Shown piece by piece: positions 28,477-38,599 of a stretch of 64,000 nucleotides of DNA. Every line of letters starts with the position of its first letter. The stretch's first letter is position 1. Below the pieces are notes generated by a model, which was not told where the DNA came from, made no database searches, and saw only the letters and a program-made list of their open reading frames with translations. Source of the DNA: Minisyncoccota bacterium (lineage in GTDB: Bacteria > Patescibacteriota > Minisyncoccia > UBA6257 > 02-FULL-45-10c). The stretch covers positions 3,779 to 67,778 of the forward strand of contig JAQUPE010000003.1 of assembly GCA_028716745.1 (NCBI GenBank), in the 5' to 3' direction. The position numbers and the translations under genes are program-made.

Positions 28477-29652
28477 ATGGATTTAAAGACTAGTAAAATT
28501 AAAGTGGGCATAATGGCCGATGGCTTGGAAAGAAAAGCTATGGGATCAGCGATTTATTTGAGGAATATTATTGAACAGTATCTGGCTGATTTTGGCGATG
28601 AAATTGATTTATATCTGATTTATAAAGAAGGGCAGTGCCAGCACGAGCTTTGCGGGCGCGCCAAAAGCGTTTCGGTAAAAATCTTATCGTTGCCGAAATT
28701 TGCGGGATTTTTTTCTTATTTATGGCTTTTTGTTTCCACAAAAAATAAATTTGATATAATTCATTTTTCTCGTCCGGCACTTCACCCGTTTTTCTGGCTT
28801 TTAAAAGTTTTTGGAAAAACTAAAAAAATTGTTGTGACATTTCATGGCGCTCCGGATAACGCGAGTATTCCGATTTTCCAGACTTTTGCGACCCGTTTTA
28901 ATCGCTGGTTTATAATTTCCTTCGGCAGATTTTTTATAGACGCCGCTCTAGCCGATTCCGAGACGGCGATAAATCAAATTGCCTGGTATTATAAATTTCC
29001 GAAAAATAAAATACATTCTGTTTATTTGGGAATTGGAAAAGAATTTTTACTGGCTTCCGATAAGAATATTTTAAAGAAAAAATTATTGGAAAAATATAAA
29101 ATAAATTTTCCTTATATTTTAGGGATGGGGAGAATGGATCCTCATAAAAATACTCATCGTTTGCTTGAGGCATTTTTTAAATTAAAAAAAGAAGGCTTGC
29201 CGCATGAGCTGATTATAATTGGAGGAGAACATGAGCCGGAATATTCTAATTTGATCAAAGAAATTCTGAACGGTTCGGAATATAAGCAAGCCGTTAAGTT
29301 TATTGATTTTGCTGATGACGAAGACTTGCCGGCGTTTTATTCATTGGCTGATGTTTTTGCTTTTCCGTCTCTTTCGGAAGGATTTGGCTTGCCGGTTTTG
29401 GAGGCAATGGCTTGCGGAACGCCGGTCGTAACATCCAATGCTTCTTGTTTGCCGGAGATAGCAGGAGGAGCGGCTGTTTTAGCTGATCCATACCAAATAG
29501 GAGGAATAGCCGATGCAATCAGGCTTGCTATAAAGGACATAAATTTGAAAAGGGAGCTGGTTTTAAAAGGAATTAAAAGGAGCGGGGATTTTAGCTGGAA
29601 AAAAACGGCTGAAGGAAACTTTAGGCTTTACAAGAGTGTTCTAACTTTATAA
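28477..29652 (+). CDS. GT4 family glycosyltransferase
   Basis: SEGFGLPVLEAMACGTPVVTSNASCLPEIA motif. Confidence 0.7.
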   Translation: MDLKTSKIKVGIMADGLERKAMGSAIYLRNIIEQYLADFGDEIDLYLIYKEGQCQHELCGRAKSVSVKILSLPKFAGFFSYLWLFVSTKNKFDIIHFSRPALHPFFWLLKVFGKTKKIVVTFHGAPDNASIPIFQTFATRFNRWFIISFGRFFIDAALADSETAINQIAWYYKFPKNKIHSVYLGIGKEFLLASDKNILKKKLLEKYKINFPYILGMGRMDPHKNTHRLLEAFFKLKKEGLPHELIIIGGEHEPEYSNLIKEILNGSEYKQAVKFIDFADDEDLPAFYSLADVFAFPSLSEGFGLPVLEAMACGTPVVTSNASCLPEIAGGAAVLADPYQIGGIADAIRLAIKDINLKRELVLKGIKRSGDFSWKKTAEGNFRLYKSVLTL

Positions 29653-29663
29653 GATAAAAACCT

Positions 29664-30731
29664 ATGATTAATCCAAGCACTAAATTAGCGGGAAAAACAG
29701 TTTTAATAACAGGCGGAGCCGGTTTTATTGGTTCGCATTTGTGCGATAAGATTTTGGGTTATGGCGGAAAAGTTATTTGTTTTGATGATCTTTCAACCGG
29801 AAGCAAAGCATATGTTGAATCCCAAAAAGACAATAAAAATTTTACTTTTATAAAAGGAGATGTAAATAAGCTCTCGGATATTCATGTTCCGTTTTTAAAA
29901 CACAGAATAGATTATGTTTTGCATTATGCGGCTTTGGTTGGAGTTCAAAGAACAATAGACGATCCGCTTAGCGTTTTAATTGATATCGACGGAATAAAAA
30001 ATATTTTAGATTTGAGCCATAAGCACGGCGTAAAGAAAATTGTTTATGCCTCTTCTTCGGAAGTTTACGGCAATCAGGAAAAACAGCCGCTTCATGAAGA
30101 TGAATCTTATCTTAATACGCGTATTCCTTACGCAGTTGTAAAAATGGTAGGGGAGCATTATTTGCAGACTTACTGGGAAACAGTAGGACTTCCCTATACC
30201 GCTTTAAGATTTTTCAATGTTTATGGGCCGCGCCAGGAATCTTCCCGTTACGGTTTTGTCGTCGGAGTTTTTATTTCTCAGATACTTCAGGGAAAGAAGC
30301 CGACAATTTTCCACGATGGTTCTCAGACTAGAGATTTTATGTATGTAGAAGACAATGTTGAAGCGGCTATTCAGGCATTGATAAATGAAAAAGCAAATGG
30401 ACACGCCATAAATCTTGGCCATAGCAGAGAAACAAGTATTTTGGAGTTAGCTAAAATGGTGGCAGGCATTGCCGGAAGAAAAGACTTGGAACCAGAATTA
30501 TTTCACGAGAGAGCTTTGGCGGAAATAAAAAGAAGAGTTGCCGATAATAGAAAGATGTTGGAAATTTTGGAATATATACCAAAGCATAATTTAGAAAGCG
30601 GTTTAAAATTAACTTTTGATTGGTACAAACAAAATCCTAAATTGACAATGAGCGATGAAAAACAAACCTTTAAAAAATATAGTGAACAAGTTTGGATCCC
30701 TAGAGATGCTAAGGAAACAGATGCTAAATAA
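29664..30731 (+). CDS. NAD-dependent epimerase/dehydratase (SDR; UDP-sugar 4,6-dehydratase/4-epimerase-like)
   Basis: [11 protein letters not shown] Rossmann motif and catalytic YxxxK (PYAVVK). Confidence 0.75.
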   Translation: MINPSTKLAGKTVLITGGAGFIGSHLCDKILGYGGKVICFDDLSTGSKAYVESQKDNKNFTFIKGDVNKLSDIHVPFLKHRIDYVLHYAALVGVQRTIDDPLSVLIDIDGIKNILDLSHKHGVKKIVYASSSEVYGNQEKQPLHEDESYLNTRIPYAVVKMVGEHYLQTYWETVGLPYTALRFFNVYGPRQESSRYGFVVGVFISQILQGKKPTIFHDGSQTRDFMYVEDNVEAAIQALINEKANGHAINLGHSRETSILELAKMVAGIAGRKDLEPELFHERALAEIKRRVADNRKMLEILEYIPKHNLESGLKLTFDWYKQNPKLTMSDEKQTFKKYSEQVWIPRDAKETDAK

Positions 30732-32022
30732 ACCGGCTATTCTGGGCGGAAAGCCGACTTTAGATAAACCGCTTCCGCCATACAACTCAATAGGCAGGGA
30801 AGAGATTGGCGCAATAAACAGGCTTTTAAAGAGCGGGAAAGACCTTTCCGGTTTTTTGGGGCGCGGAGGAGAAAAATTTTTAGGCGGTCCATATGTTAAA
30901 AAGCTTGAGAACGATTTTGAAAAAAAGTTCGGCGTTAACTATGCCGTGAGTTTTAATTCGGCCACTACGGCTTTGCAGGCGGCTGTTGCTGCTTTGGGAA
31001 TTGGGCCGGGCGATCAGGTTATTACGTCTCCATTTACTATGCCGGCAACAGCAACGGCTATTTTGTTTAATAATGCTGTACCGGTTTTTGCGGATATAGA
31101 TCCGAAAACTTATTGTTTGAGCGCCGAATCGATTGCCAAAAAAATCACCAAAAAAACAAAAGCTATTTTAATAGTCAATATTTTCGGCGGAACTCCGGAT
31201 TATGTTCCTATTTTAAAATTGGCCAAAAAACATAATTTAAAAATTATTGAGGACAGTGCGCAGGCGCCGGGCGCTAATTATCGCGGAAAATTTGCCGGCA
31301 CTATCGGCGATATCGGAGTTTACAGTTTTAATGTCCATAAAGTTATCCAAGTTGGAGAAGGGGGAATGATGGTTACAAACAACAAGCGTTATGCTTACAG
31401 GGCTCAATTAATGAGAAATCACGGCGAAGCGGTGATGGATGATGTGTGGGAGAAAGAACCGAAGACCAGAGAATTAATTGCGGGAAATAATTTCCGTTTG
31501 ACGGAGCTTCAGGCTGCGGTAATGGCGGAGCAATTTAAAAAATTGGACAAATTGAATAATCAAAGAATTATGTTGGCAGATTATTTAACCAAGAAATTAA
31601 AAAAGTTTTCTTGGCTGGAGCCAGCCAGCGTTTTGCCGAACAGCAAACACGTCTATTATCTTTACCCGATTAAGTTTTTTTCCGGCAAGCTCGGAATTTC
31701 CAGAAAAACTTTTGCAAAGGCTATGGAGGCTGAAGGGTTTAAGCTGGCCGAAGGATACCAGAAGCCTATTTATCTTATGCCGATTTATCAAAAGAAAAGA
31801 ATTTATGAACGCTCTCAATTCCCGTTTGTTTCAAAAGAATTTTCCCAAAATATTTCTTATAAAAAAGGAGATTGTCCGGTTGCCGAGAGAATGTTCGAAA
31901 AAGAATTTTTAACTACTACTTTATGCCAGCCGCCGAAAAATAAAGCGCATATAGATTTGTTTATTAAGGCGCTGCAAAAAATAGGAGACAGCGCCGGCTT
32001 GCTGAAAAAATATGAGAAATAA
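30721..32022 (+). CDS. DegT/DnrJ/EryC1/StrS-family PLP-dependent sugar aminotransferase (PseC/PglE-like)
   Basis: Start moved to MLNKPAILGGKPT (ATG at 30721, overlapping the upstream stop). DegT-family layout with SFNVHKVIQVGEGGMM. Confidence 0.75.
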   Translation: MLNKPAILGGKPTLDKPLPPYNSIGREEIGAINRLLKSGKDLSGFLGRGGEKFLGGPYVKKLENDFEKKFGVNYAVSFNSATTALQAAVAALGIGPGDQVITSPFTMPATATAILFNNAVPVFADIDPKTYCLSAESIAKKITKKTKAILIVNIFGGTPDYVPILKLAKKHNLKIIEDSAQAPGANYRGKFAGTIGDIGVYSFNVHKVIQVGEGGMMVTNNKRYAYRAQLMRNHGEAVMDDVWEKEPKTRELIAGNNFRLTELQAAVMAEQFKKLDKLNNQRIMLADYLTKKLKKFSWLEPASVLPNSKHVYYLYPIKFFSGKLGISRKTFAKAMEAEGFKLAEGYQKPIYLMPIYQKKRIYERSQFPFVSKEFSQNISYKKGDCPVAERMFEKEFLTTTLCQPPKNKAHIDLFIKALQKIGDSAGLLKKYEK

Positions 32023-32932
32023 AGAAAAAATTTTAGTTTTTTGCCATGATGCCGGCGGGGCAGAAATAATTTCTTCATATATTAAACACAATCTGGATAA
32101 GTATGATTTTATCTGTTTGCCGATTGGTCCGGCGAAGGCGGTTTTTGCAAAGAAAAAACTTAATTACTTAATTCCAAAACAAAAGAATCCTTATAAATAT
32201 TTAGCCTTAAAAGACCTAAAAATGGTATTGCTTGGAACAAGCTGGATTAATTTCGAGTGGCTTAAGCTTATTGAGAAGGCCAAGAAAATGGGGATTAAAG
32301 CCGTGGTCTATCTGGATCACTGGATGAATTATAGAGGGCGCTTCAAAGCTAATTATTCCGAGAAGAATTTTCCTAGCGAATTTTGGACGGGAGACAAGCA
32401 TGCTTTTTATCTGGCAAAAAAAGTGTTTCCGGACAGAATGGTCAAGCTTGAGCCAAATTGTTATTTCAAAGATATTAAAAAAGAATTTAAAAATAAAAAA
32501 GGGGCTTATAAGGGTAGGGCAAATAAAGTTTTATTTTTAAGCGATCCAACCAGCGTTTTTTGGAAGAGAGCAAAAATAAGATTTAATGAGATGGATCTTT
32601 TGGGAAAGATATTAAAATGCTTGTCCGATAAAAATAAGGAGAGGGAAGTGATTATTCGCTTTCACCCCTCTGATGATAGGACAAAATATAAAGAAATTTT
32701 AAAAAAATACTCGGGCAGGGTTAAAATAATCAAATCTTCCAATAAAGATATTCTAGATGATATAGTTAAGGCAGGAATAGTAATCGGGCTGGAAAGCATG
32801 TCTCAAGTTATTTCTTATTTATGCGGAAAGAAAACAATAAGCTGCTCGTTCAATCCAAAGAGGAAGTGCACGCTGCCGTTTCCAGGAATTATAAAAATAG
32901 AAAATTTGGATAAATTAAATAAATATTTATAA
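32012..32932 (+). CDS. Hypothetical protein, possibly GT-B/PseG-like UDP-sugar hydrolase or transferase
   Basis: 306 aa with no clear motif. Alternating beta-alpha pattern in two halves. Embedded in the nonulosonic-acid gene set. Confidence 0.25.
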   Translation: MRNKEKILVFCHDAGGAEIISSYIKHNLDKYDFICLPIGPAKAVFAKKKLNYLIPKQKNPYKYLALKDLKMVLLGTSWINFEWLKLIEKAKKMGIKAVVYLDHWMNYRGRFKANYSEKNFPSEFWTGDKHAFYLAKKVFPDRMVKLEPNCYFKDIKKEFKNKKGAYKGRANKVLFLSDPTSVFWKRAKIRFNEMDLLGKILKCLSDKNKEREVIIRFHPSDDRTKYKEILKKYSGRVKIIKSSNKDILDDIVKAGIVIGLESMSQVISYLCGKKTISCSFNPKRKCTLPFPGIIKIENLDKLNKYL

Positions 32933-32935
32933 ATC

Positions 32936-34219
32936 ATGAGAGAGTTTCTAAATAAAACAGCTGATTTAAACAGATCCATTGTGTCTGATGATTTTGAAAA
33001 GACTTTAGAAATTATAAACAAAAGAATTCCTCTAAAGATATTTTCATATCCATCAGGAAAATTGTGTTTTGATTGGGAGATTCCAAAAAAATGGGTTATT
33101 AGGGGCGCTTATATAAAAGATGAATCCGGGAAAAAGATTGTAGATTTTAAAGACAGTCCGTTACATGTAGTTACTGGGTCCTTGCCGATAAATAAAAGAA
33201 TGTCTCGAGAGGAATTGCTTAAAAAGGTTTATGTTTCGGAAAAATATCCGGAAACGATTCCTTATGTTTTTAAATTTTATGAATTGGATTGGGGCTTTTG
33301 CATGACTAAGAAGCAAAAAGACAGCCTTAAAGGAAATTTTTTTGATGTCGCTATAGATTCGGAATATGTAAATGGCAATTTATTGGTGGGAGAACATATT
33401 ATAAAAGGGGAAAGCGACAAAAGCATAGTGTTATTAAGTCATATTGACCATCCGGGTCAGGTAAATGACGGCTTAGCGGGAGCGGCCGTGATGATACGGC
33501 TGGCGGAAATGCTGAAAGGAACTAAGCCTGCTCTTACTTTGAGGTTCCAGTTTTTGTCGGAAAGAATCGGATCGATAGCTTATTTAAGCCAGCATTATAA
33601 GCAGAAAGATAAAATTCTTGGAGGAATTTTTTGTGAAATGCCGGGAACGCCTAAATATCCGATGGTTTTGCAATATTCAAGAAATAAAAGCGCGAGATTG
33701 GATAGGGCAGCTAAATATGTTTTGGAAAAAACCGGAAAGAAAATAGGATTTGGAGAATGTTTTAGGCATGTGGCGAACGATGACGCTTTTTATAATAGCC
33801 CAGGTGTTGATATTCCATGCATTTCTCTTTCCAGGTCAAAGCCGTTAGTTGAGGGCGACTGGTATCATTTTCCTTACTATCATACCAGCGGAGACAATAT
33901 TAAAAATTTTGATTTTAAACAGGCGGAAGAATATTTGGAGATTTTGAAAGAAATTATATCTATAATCGATAAAGACAGAATCATAACTAGAAATTATGTC
34001 GGCGTGCCCCATCTCTCAAGGCATAAATTATGGATTGACTGGCGGCTCTTCCCGAAATCATCCAGAGGAATTTATAGATTGCTTGAAGAACTGGATAATG
34101 GCGTATCAATATTTGATCTTAGTGAAAAATGCGGAGTAGATTTTGAAGAAGCATACGAGTTTATAAAGAAAATGGAAAAATCAAAATTAGTAAAATTAAG
34201 TTTAATCAAGTCGATTTAA
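32936..34219 (+). CDS. Hypothetical protein with an M28-like aminopeptidase-fold domain (DUF4910/DUF2172-like) and a C-terminal winged-helix-like segment
   Basis: HIDHPGQVNDGLAGAAVMIRLAEML resembles the metal-binding region of M28-fold proteins. This architecture is recurrently found in polysaccharide loci. Confidence 0.35.
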   Translation: MREFLNKTADLNRSIVSDDFEKTLEIINKRIPLKIFSYPSGKLCFDWEIPKKWVIRGAYIKDESGKKIVDFKDSPLHVVTGSLPINKRMSREELLKKVYVSEKYPETIPYVFKFYELDWGFCMTKKQKDSLKGNFFDVAIDSEYVNGNLLVGEHIIKGESDKSIVLLSHIDHPGQVNDGLAGAAVMIRLAEMLKGTKPALTLRFQFLSERIGSIAYLSQHYKQKDKILGGIFCEMPGTPKYPMVLQYSRNKSARLDRAAKYVLEKTGKKIGFGECFRHVANDDAFYNSPGVDIPCISLSRSKPLVEGDWYHFPYYHTSGDNIKNFDFKQAEEYLEILKEIISIIDKDRIITRNYVGVPHLSRHKLWIDWRLFPKSSRGIYRLLEELDNGVSIFDLSEKCGVDFEEAYEFIKKMEKSKLVKLSLIKSI

Positions 34220-34232
34220 TAAAAATAAAAAA

Positions 34233-35033
34233 ATGAAAATAGCATTATTAACAGGAACGGCATATCGCCATAAATATTATGCAAATGAAATTATCGCTAA
34301 TTACGATGTGGTTTTGCATATAAAAGAAAAAAGAGAACAAGATTTAACAGGGGAGGTAAAAGACCCTTGTTCGGAAGAAGATAAAATATTGCTTAAAAAA
34401 CACAGCGATCTTAGAAATCAGATGGAGGAGAAATATTTTCTTCCGCAAGGCAAAGATTTTTTGCCGGTAAAGAAAACAATGGAAGTTGGAAGGAGGGAAT
34501 TGAATTCTCCGGAGGTTATAGCGGCCGTTAAGGAAGCTGCTCCGGATGTGGTTTTGGATTATGGCACATGCCTTTTAAAGGATGATTTGCTCAAAGTAAT
34601 GCCTAAACACGTTATAAACCTTCACGCCGGACTTTCCCCTTATTATAAGGGGGCGGCGACGCTTTATTGGCCTATTTATTTCATGGAGCCGCAAAATCTT
34701 GGATATACAATGCACATTATTGATATACAGATAGACCACGGAACTATTCTTCATCAGAACAAGCCGGAAATTTTTTCTAACGACAATATCCATGATCTTG
34801 GATGCAGGACTATTGTTCAGGCGGCGAAAGACATCCATAAAGTGCTGGAGAAAATACAGAATGGTACCATCCAATATTTCAAGCAAAAATCCAAGGGAAA
34901 AATATTTTATGGCTATGATTTTAAGCCGTATCATCTCAGGGTAACTAATTTTATTATGGAAAACGGATTGCTTAAAGAATATTTGGAACACAAAGAGCGT
35001 TTCCCGGAAGCGGAAATTTTCCGCCAATTTTAA
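34233..35033 (+). CDS. Formyltransferase-domain protein (sugar N-formyltransferase candidate)
   Basis: NLHAGLSPYYKGAATLYW matches the N-x-H-x-S-L-L-P-x-x-[RK]-G formyl-transferase (Fmt/PurN/ArnA-N) signature. The downstream acidic/His segment HIIDIQIDHGTI is consistent with the catalytic Asp region. Confidence 0.55.
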   Translation: MKIALLTGTAYRHKYYANEIIANYDVVLHIKEKREQDLTGEVKDPCSEEDKILLKKHSDLRNQMEEKYFLPQGKDFLPVKKTMEVGRRELNSPEVIAAVKEAAPDVVLDYGTCLLKDDLLKVMPKHVINLHAGLSPYYKGAATLYWPIYFMEPQNLGYTMHIIDIQIDHGTILHQNKPEIFSNDNIHDLGCRTIVQAAKDIHKVLEKIQNGTIQYFKQKSKGKIFYGYDFKPYHLRVTNFIMENGLLKEYLEHKERFPEAEIFRQF

Positions 35034-35034
35034 G

Positions 35035-35781
35035 ATGGAAAAAGTTATCTGTATAATTCAGGCGCGTACCGGATCTACGCGTTTATCGAATAAAATTTTC
35101 TTGCCGCTTCAGGGTAAGCCGGTTTTATTAAGAGTGATAGAAAGAGTTTTCCAATCAAAATATATCAGCGGAGTGGTGGTAGCGACGACAGTTAATCCTA
35201 ATGACGAGAAAATAGTTGAATTGCTTAAAAATTATGATTCAAGAGTAAGTGTTTATCGCGGTTCGGAAGAAGACGTACTAGACAGATATTATCAGGCCGC
35301 GAAAGGAGTGGGCGCGGATATTGTCGTGCGAATAACTTCGGATAATCCCTGCGTTGACCCTGACGTAATAGATAAAATTATCGGAGAAGTTTTAGCCGAT
35401 CCGGAATTAGAATACGCCTCCAACAATATTGGCGAACATACTTATCCGAGAGGATTAGATACGGAAGTAATTCGTTTTAAAACTTTGGAAAAATTATGGA
35501 AAACAACTACGGAAAAAATAGACAGAGAGCACGTAACAATTCATTTAAAAAGATTCCCCGATAATTTTAAATGGAAAACGGTTTTAAACGATATCGATTT
35601 ATCTTCATATCGTTTAACTGTGGATGTTGATAAGGATTATGAATTGGTAAAAACTATTTATGACCGGCTATATCCGGTTAATCCGAAATTCAGGCTAGAG
35701 GACATAATGGATTTATTTAAAAAGGAGCCGGAGCTGATAAAAATTAATCAGGATATTGAACAGCAAAATGCCAAATATTAA
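35035..35781 (+). CDS. Cytidylyltransferase, SpsF/PseF/NeuA-type (CMP-nonulosonate or CMP-Kdo synthetase family)
   Basis: N-terminal ICIIQARTGSTRLSNKIFLPL is the CTP_transf_3 signature (AR.GS.RLP.K). Confidence 0.65.
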   Translation: MEKVICIIQARTGSTRLSNKIFLPLQGKPVLLRVIERVFQSKYISGVVVATTVNPNDEKIVELLKNYDSRVSVYRGSEEDVLDRYYQAAKGVGADIVVRITSDNPCVDPDVIDKIIGEVLADPELEYASNNIGEHTYPRGLDTEVIRFKTLEKLWKTTTEKIDREHVTIHLKRFPDNFKWKTVLNDIDLSSYRLTVDVDKDYELVKTIYDRLYPVNPKFRLEDIMDLFKKEPELIKINQDIEQQNAKY

Positions 35782-36712
35782 ACCTGTTATTTGCGGAGTT
35801 TGCGGTAAGTCCGCCAACCTTAACTTTAAAGAAGACTTTAAAGAATATTCGCTTTGGGAATGCCCGGAATGTTTCGGCCAGTTTTGGTCCCCAATGAAAG
35901 GGCCGGGAGCGGGGTGGTATGAAAAGGATGAAAGGTATTCTTTTAGAAATTTAAATCCTTTGGAAAAACCGGAACGCAATCATCGGGAATTTTTGCGCGA
36001 CTTGCCGGCAAAAGGAGGCAGGCTTTTGGATATCGGAATGGGAACGGGAAATTTTTTGGCCGCAGCTGTAAAAAGCGGCTATGACGGATATGGAGTTGAT
36101 TTTGATAGCGAGGCCATAGAAACAGCCAAAAGAGTTTTTGGCCTTAAAAATGTTTCAACCGGAGATTTGGACGGCGTTCTAAAAGATTTTGGAGAAAAAA
36201 GCTTTGATATCGTTACGATGTTTGAGGTTGTGGAACATCTTGAAAATCCGGCGGAATTTATTGAAAAATCAAAGAGGCTTTTAAAAAATGGCGGATATTT
36301 GGCGATAAGCGTGCCTTTCCGCGGAGCGGCTGAATTTTTAAAGCCGAATGATAAGCCCCCGCGCCATCTGACGCGATGGGATAAAAATTCGATGGAAAAC
36401 TTTTTAAAAGAACACGAATTTGAAACGGCTAGAATTAAAATTATTAAAGCACCTATTTCTTATTTAATTACAAAATTTCATTTTTGGACAAGAGGATTTT
36501 TAAGTTTTAACGCGGTCGGCAAATTATCGGCTGTTCCAGCGGGGCAAAAAGCAGTTAATAATAAAGTTTCTTTGAGGGCGAGAGTGATTCAAAAAATGGC
36601 CAGAATAAAAGATTATATTTTATTCTTATTGCCGGCGATTATTCTTTCGGGTATTTTGCTTGTTACCGGCCGCAATGGGCTCGGGTTATATATTTTAGCT
36701 AAGAAAAAATGA
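35768..36712 (+). CDS. Class I SAM methyltransferase with N-terminal zinc-ribbon
   Basis: CGVCG...CPEC (4-Cys ribbon), LLDIGMGTGNFL (motif I), FDIVTMFEVVEHLENP and NGGYLAISVP. Confidence 0.6.
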   Translation: MPNIKPVICGVCGKSANLNFKEDFKEYSLWECPECFGQFWSPMKGPGAGWYEKDERYSFRNLNPLEKPERNHREFLRDLPAKGGRLLDIGMGTGNFLAAAVKSGYDGYGVDFDSEAIETAKRVFGLKNVSTGDLDGVLKDFGEKSFDIVTMFEVVEHLENPAEFIEKSKRLLKNGGYLAISVPFRGAAEFLKPNDKPPRHLTRWDKNSMENFLKEHEFETARIKIIKAPISYLITKFHFWTRGFLSFNAVGKLSAVPAGQKAVNNKVSLRARVIQKMARIKDYILFLLPAIILSGILLVTGRNGLGLYILAKKK

Positions 36713-37926
36713 AGCATAAAGGAACGAAGAAAACAATTAAATTGGGAAATAAATTAATCGGCTGGGGACAGCCGTGTTTTATCGTTGCCGAAGCGGGAGC
36801 TAATCATGATGGAGATTTTGAAAAAGCTAAAATGTTAATTGACGCAGCAGCTGCGGTTAATGCCGATTCAATAAAATTTCAGCATTATCTTGCGGACAAG
36901 CTGGCGTCGCGGGAAGCAAAAAGATATTGGGTTGTAAGAGGAGACGAGCCGGGTTTTCAGTTTGATCCGAATAATTATAAAGATGATCAGGTAGATACTT
37001 TTAAAAAGATAGACGGTATTCCGCGCCATAGAGACAGCGAGCTTTTTGATTATGCCGATAAAAAAGGATTATTAATGTTTTCGACTCCTTTTGATTTCGA
37101 AAGCGTTGATCATTTGGACAGCCTGGGAATACAGATGTATAAAATTGCATCCGGAGACCTAACTTATCATCAGCTGCTTGATTATGTGGCGCGCAAAGGC
37201 AAGCCGGTTGTTCTATCGACAGGCGCGGCAGACATGGACGAAATTCGGGCAGCGGTTGATGTAATAAAAAAAGCGGGCAACAATCAGATTATTCTTTTGC
37301 ATTGCACTTTGGCTTACACTACGCCGCTGGAAAATGCCAATCTTTTGATGATTCGAAATTTACAGGAAGAATTTCCAGATGAGCTTATTGGATTTTCTGA
37401 TCATACGCCCGGCATTGAAGCCGATATTGCAGCAGCTTTGCTTGGAGCGGTGATGATAGAAAAGCATTTTACTCATACGCCGGGAGCGGCAGTGGGAGAA
37501 AACAGGGTTGGCGATAGCCCCGATCATGATATTGGAATTGGTTCGGCGGCTTTTGAAGAAAAAATAAAAAGAATCAGAGAGCATGAAGGAAAAAATTTAA
37601 GCGTTCGTTTGGGACTTGATTTTGAAAAGGCGCTGGAAATGATAAGTGAACTGGGAATAGAAAAAACGTTAGGCTCGCATCAAATTAAGCAGGTTGATTC
37701 CAAGGTGGAATTAAAGGCGCGTTTACAGGCGAGAAGAAGCGTAGTTACCGAAGTTCCGCTCAAAAAAGGAGAGACGCTGACGCAGAAGTTTATTAATGCC
37801 GGAAACCTGTCTTTTAAAAGGCCGGGCACAGGAATACCGCCTTACGAGATTTGTAAGCTTGCCGGAAAAAAATTAAACCGCGATTTGTCGGCGGACGCGG
37901 TTTTAAAGTGGGAATATTTTAAATAA
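36709..37926 (+). CDS. Nonulosonic acid synthase (NeuB/PseI/LegI family) with C-terminal SAF domain
   Basis: IGWGQPCFIVAEAGANHDGDFEKAKMLIDAA...SIKFQHY is the NeuB TIM-barrel signature. The C-terminal ~70 aa are SAF/antifreeze-like. Confidence 0.75.
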   Translation: MKHKGTKKTIKLGNKLIGWGQPCFIVAEAGANHDGDFEKAKMLIDAAAAVNADSIKFQHYLADKLASREAKRYWVVRGDEPGFQFDPNNYKDDQVDTFKKIDGIPRHRDSELFDYADKKGLLMFSTPFDFESVDHLDSLGIQMYKIASGDLTYHQLLDYVARKGKPVVLSTGAADMDEIRAAVDVIKKAGNNQIILLHCTLAYTTPLENANLLMIRNLQEEFPDELIGFSDHTPGIEADIAAALLGAVMIEKHFTHTPGAAVGENRVGDSPDHDIGIGSAAFEEKIKRIREHEGKNLSVRLGLDFEKALEMISELGIEKTLGSHQIKQVDSKVELKARLQARRSVVTEVPLKKGETLTQKFINAGNLSFKRPGTGIPPYEICKLAGKKLNRDLSADAVLKWEYFK

Positions 37927-38499
37927 ATGAACGAAGAAGATTTTATAAAATTGTTGGCCTTTATTGCCAATGAAAGGCCTGAGCGCGCGGACGCTATTGT
38001 TTTTATTGAAGGAGACGGCGGTTCGGATGTTAAGGCGGCCGTTGATTTATACCGTGCGAAATTTGCTCCGAAAATTTTGATAACCGGAGAAATTAAAAGG
38101 GGAAGCAAATCGCGTGTTTTGGGCGTGTTTAAAAAAATGATTAAGCTTGGCGTCCCGGAAAAAAATATAATTATGGAATTTAATTCCGTCAGTGCGCGCG
38201 AACAGGCGATAGAAGTTTTAAAAATTGCCAAGGAGTTGAAATGGAAAAAAATAATTTTAACGGCTCCTCTTTATCACCAGCCTCGTCTTTACGCGACGTT
38301 TATCAGGAGAATGAAAGAAGTTGGATTGAATTTAAAAATCGTAAATTGTCCGATAAGAGAATTGCCGTGGTTTAAAAAGACTATTCACGGGAAAAGAATA
38401 GATCTTTTGAAAACGGAACTGAATAAAATTAAAAAATATGCCAAGAAAGAACATGTAGCGAGCCTTAAAGAAATAACGGAATATGAAAGAAAAAAATAA
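37927..38499 (+). CDS. Hypothetical Rossmann-like protein (DUF218/YdcF-like?)
   Basis: 190 aa with an alternating beta-alpha pattern (AIVFIEGDGG...ILITGE). No definitive motif. Confidence 0.25.
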   Translation: MNEEDFIKLLAFIANERPERADAIVFIEGDGGSDVKAAVDLYRAKFAPKILITGEIKRGSKSRVLGVFKKMIKLGVPEKNIIMEFNSVSAREQAIEVLKIAKELKWKKIILTAPLYHQPRLYATFIRRMKEVGLNLKIVNCPIRELPWFKKTIHGKRIDLLKTELNKIKKYAKKEHVASLKEITEYERKK

Positions 38500-38599
38500 A
38501 GCTCAAATGCTTTATTTTTTTGTGACTAAATGATTGACTTTTGTGTTAAATTATTATATAAACTATGAACGAACTTTGAAAACAAGAGGAGAAATATTT

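Noticed and set aside
37927-38499. Assigning 37927..38499 confidently as PseG or DUF218
   Set aside because: Only a generic Rossmann-like beta-alpha pattern is visible and no family-specific residues were recognised. It is kept as a low-confidence hypothetical.
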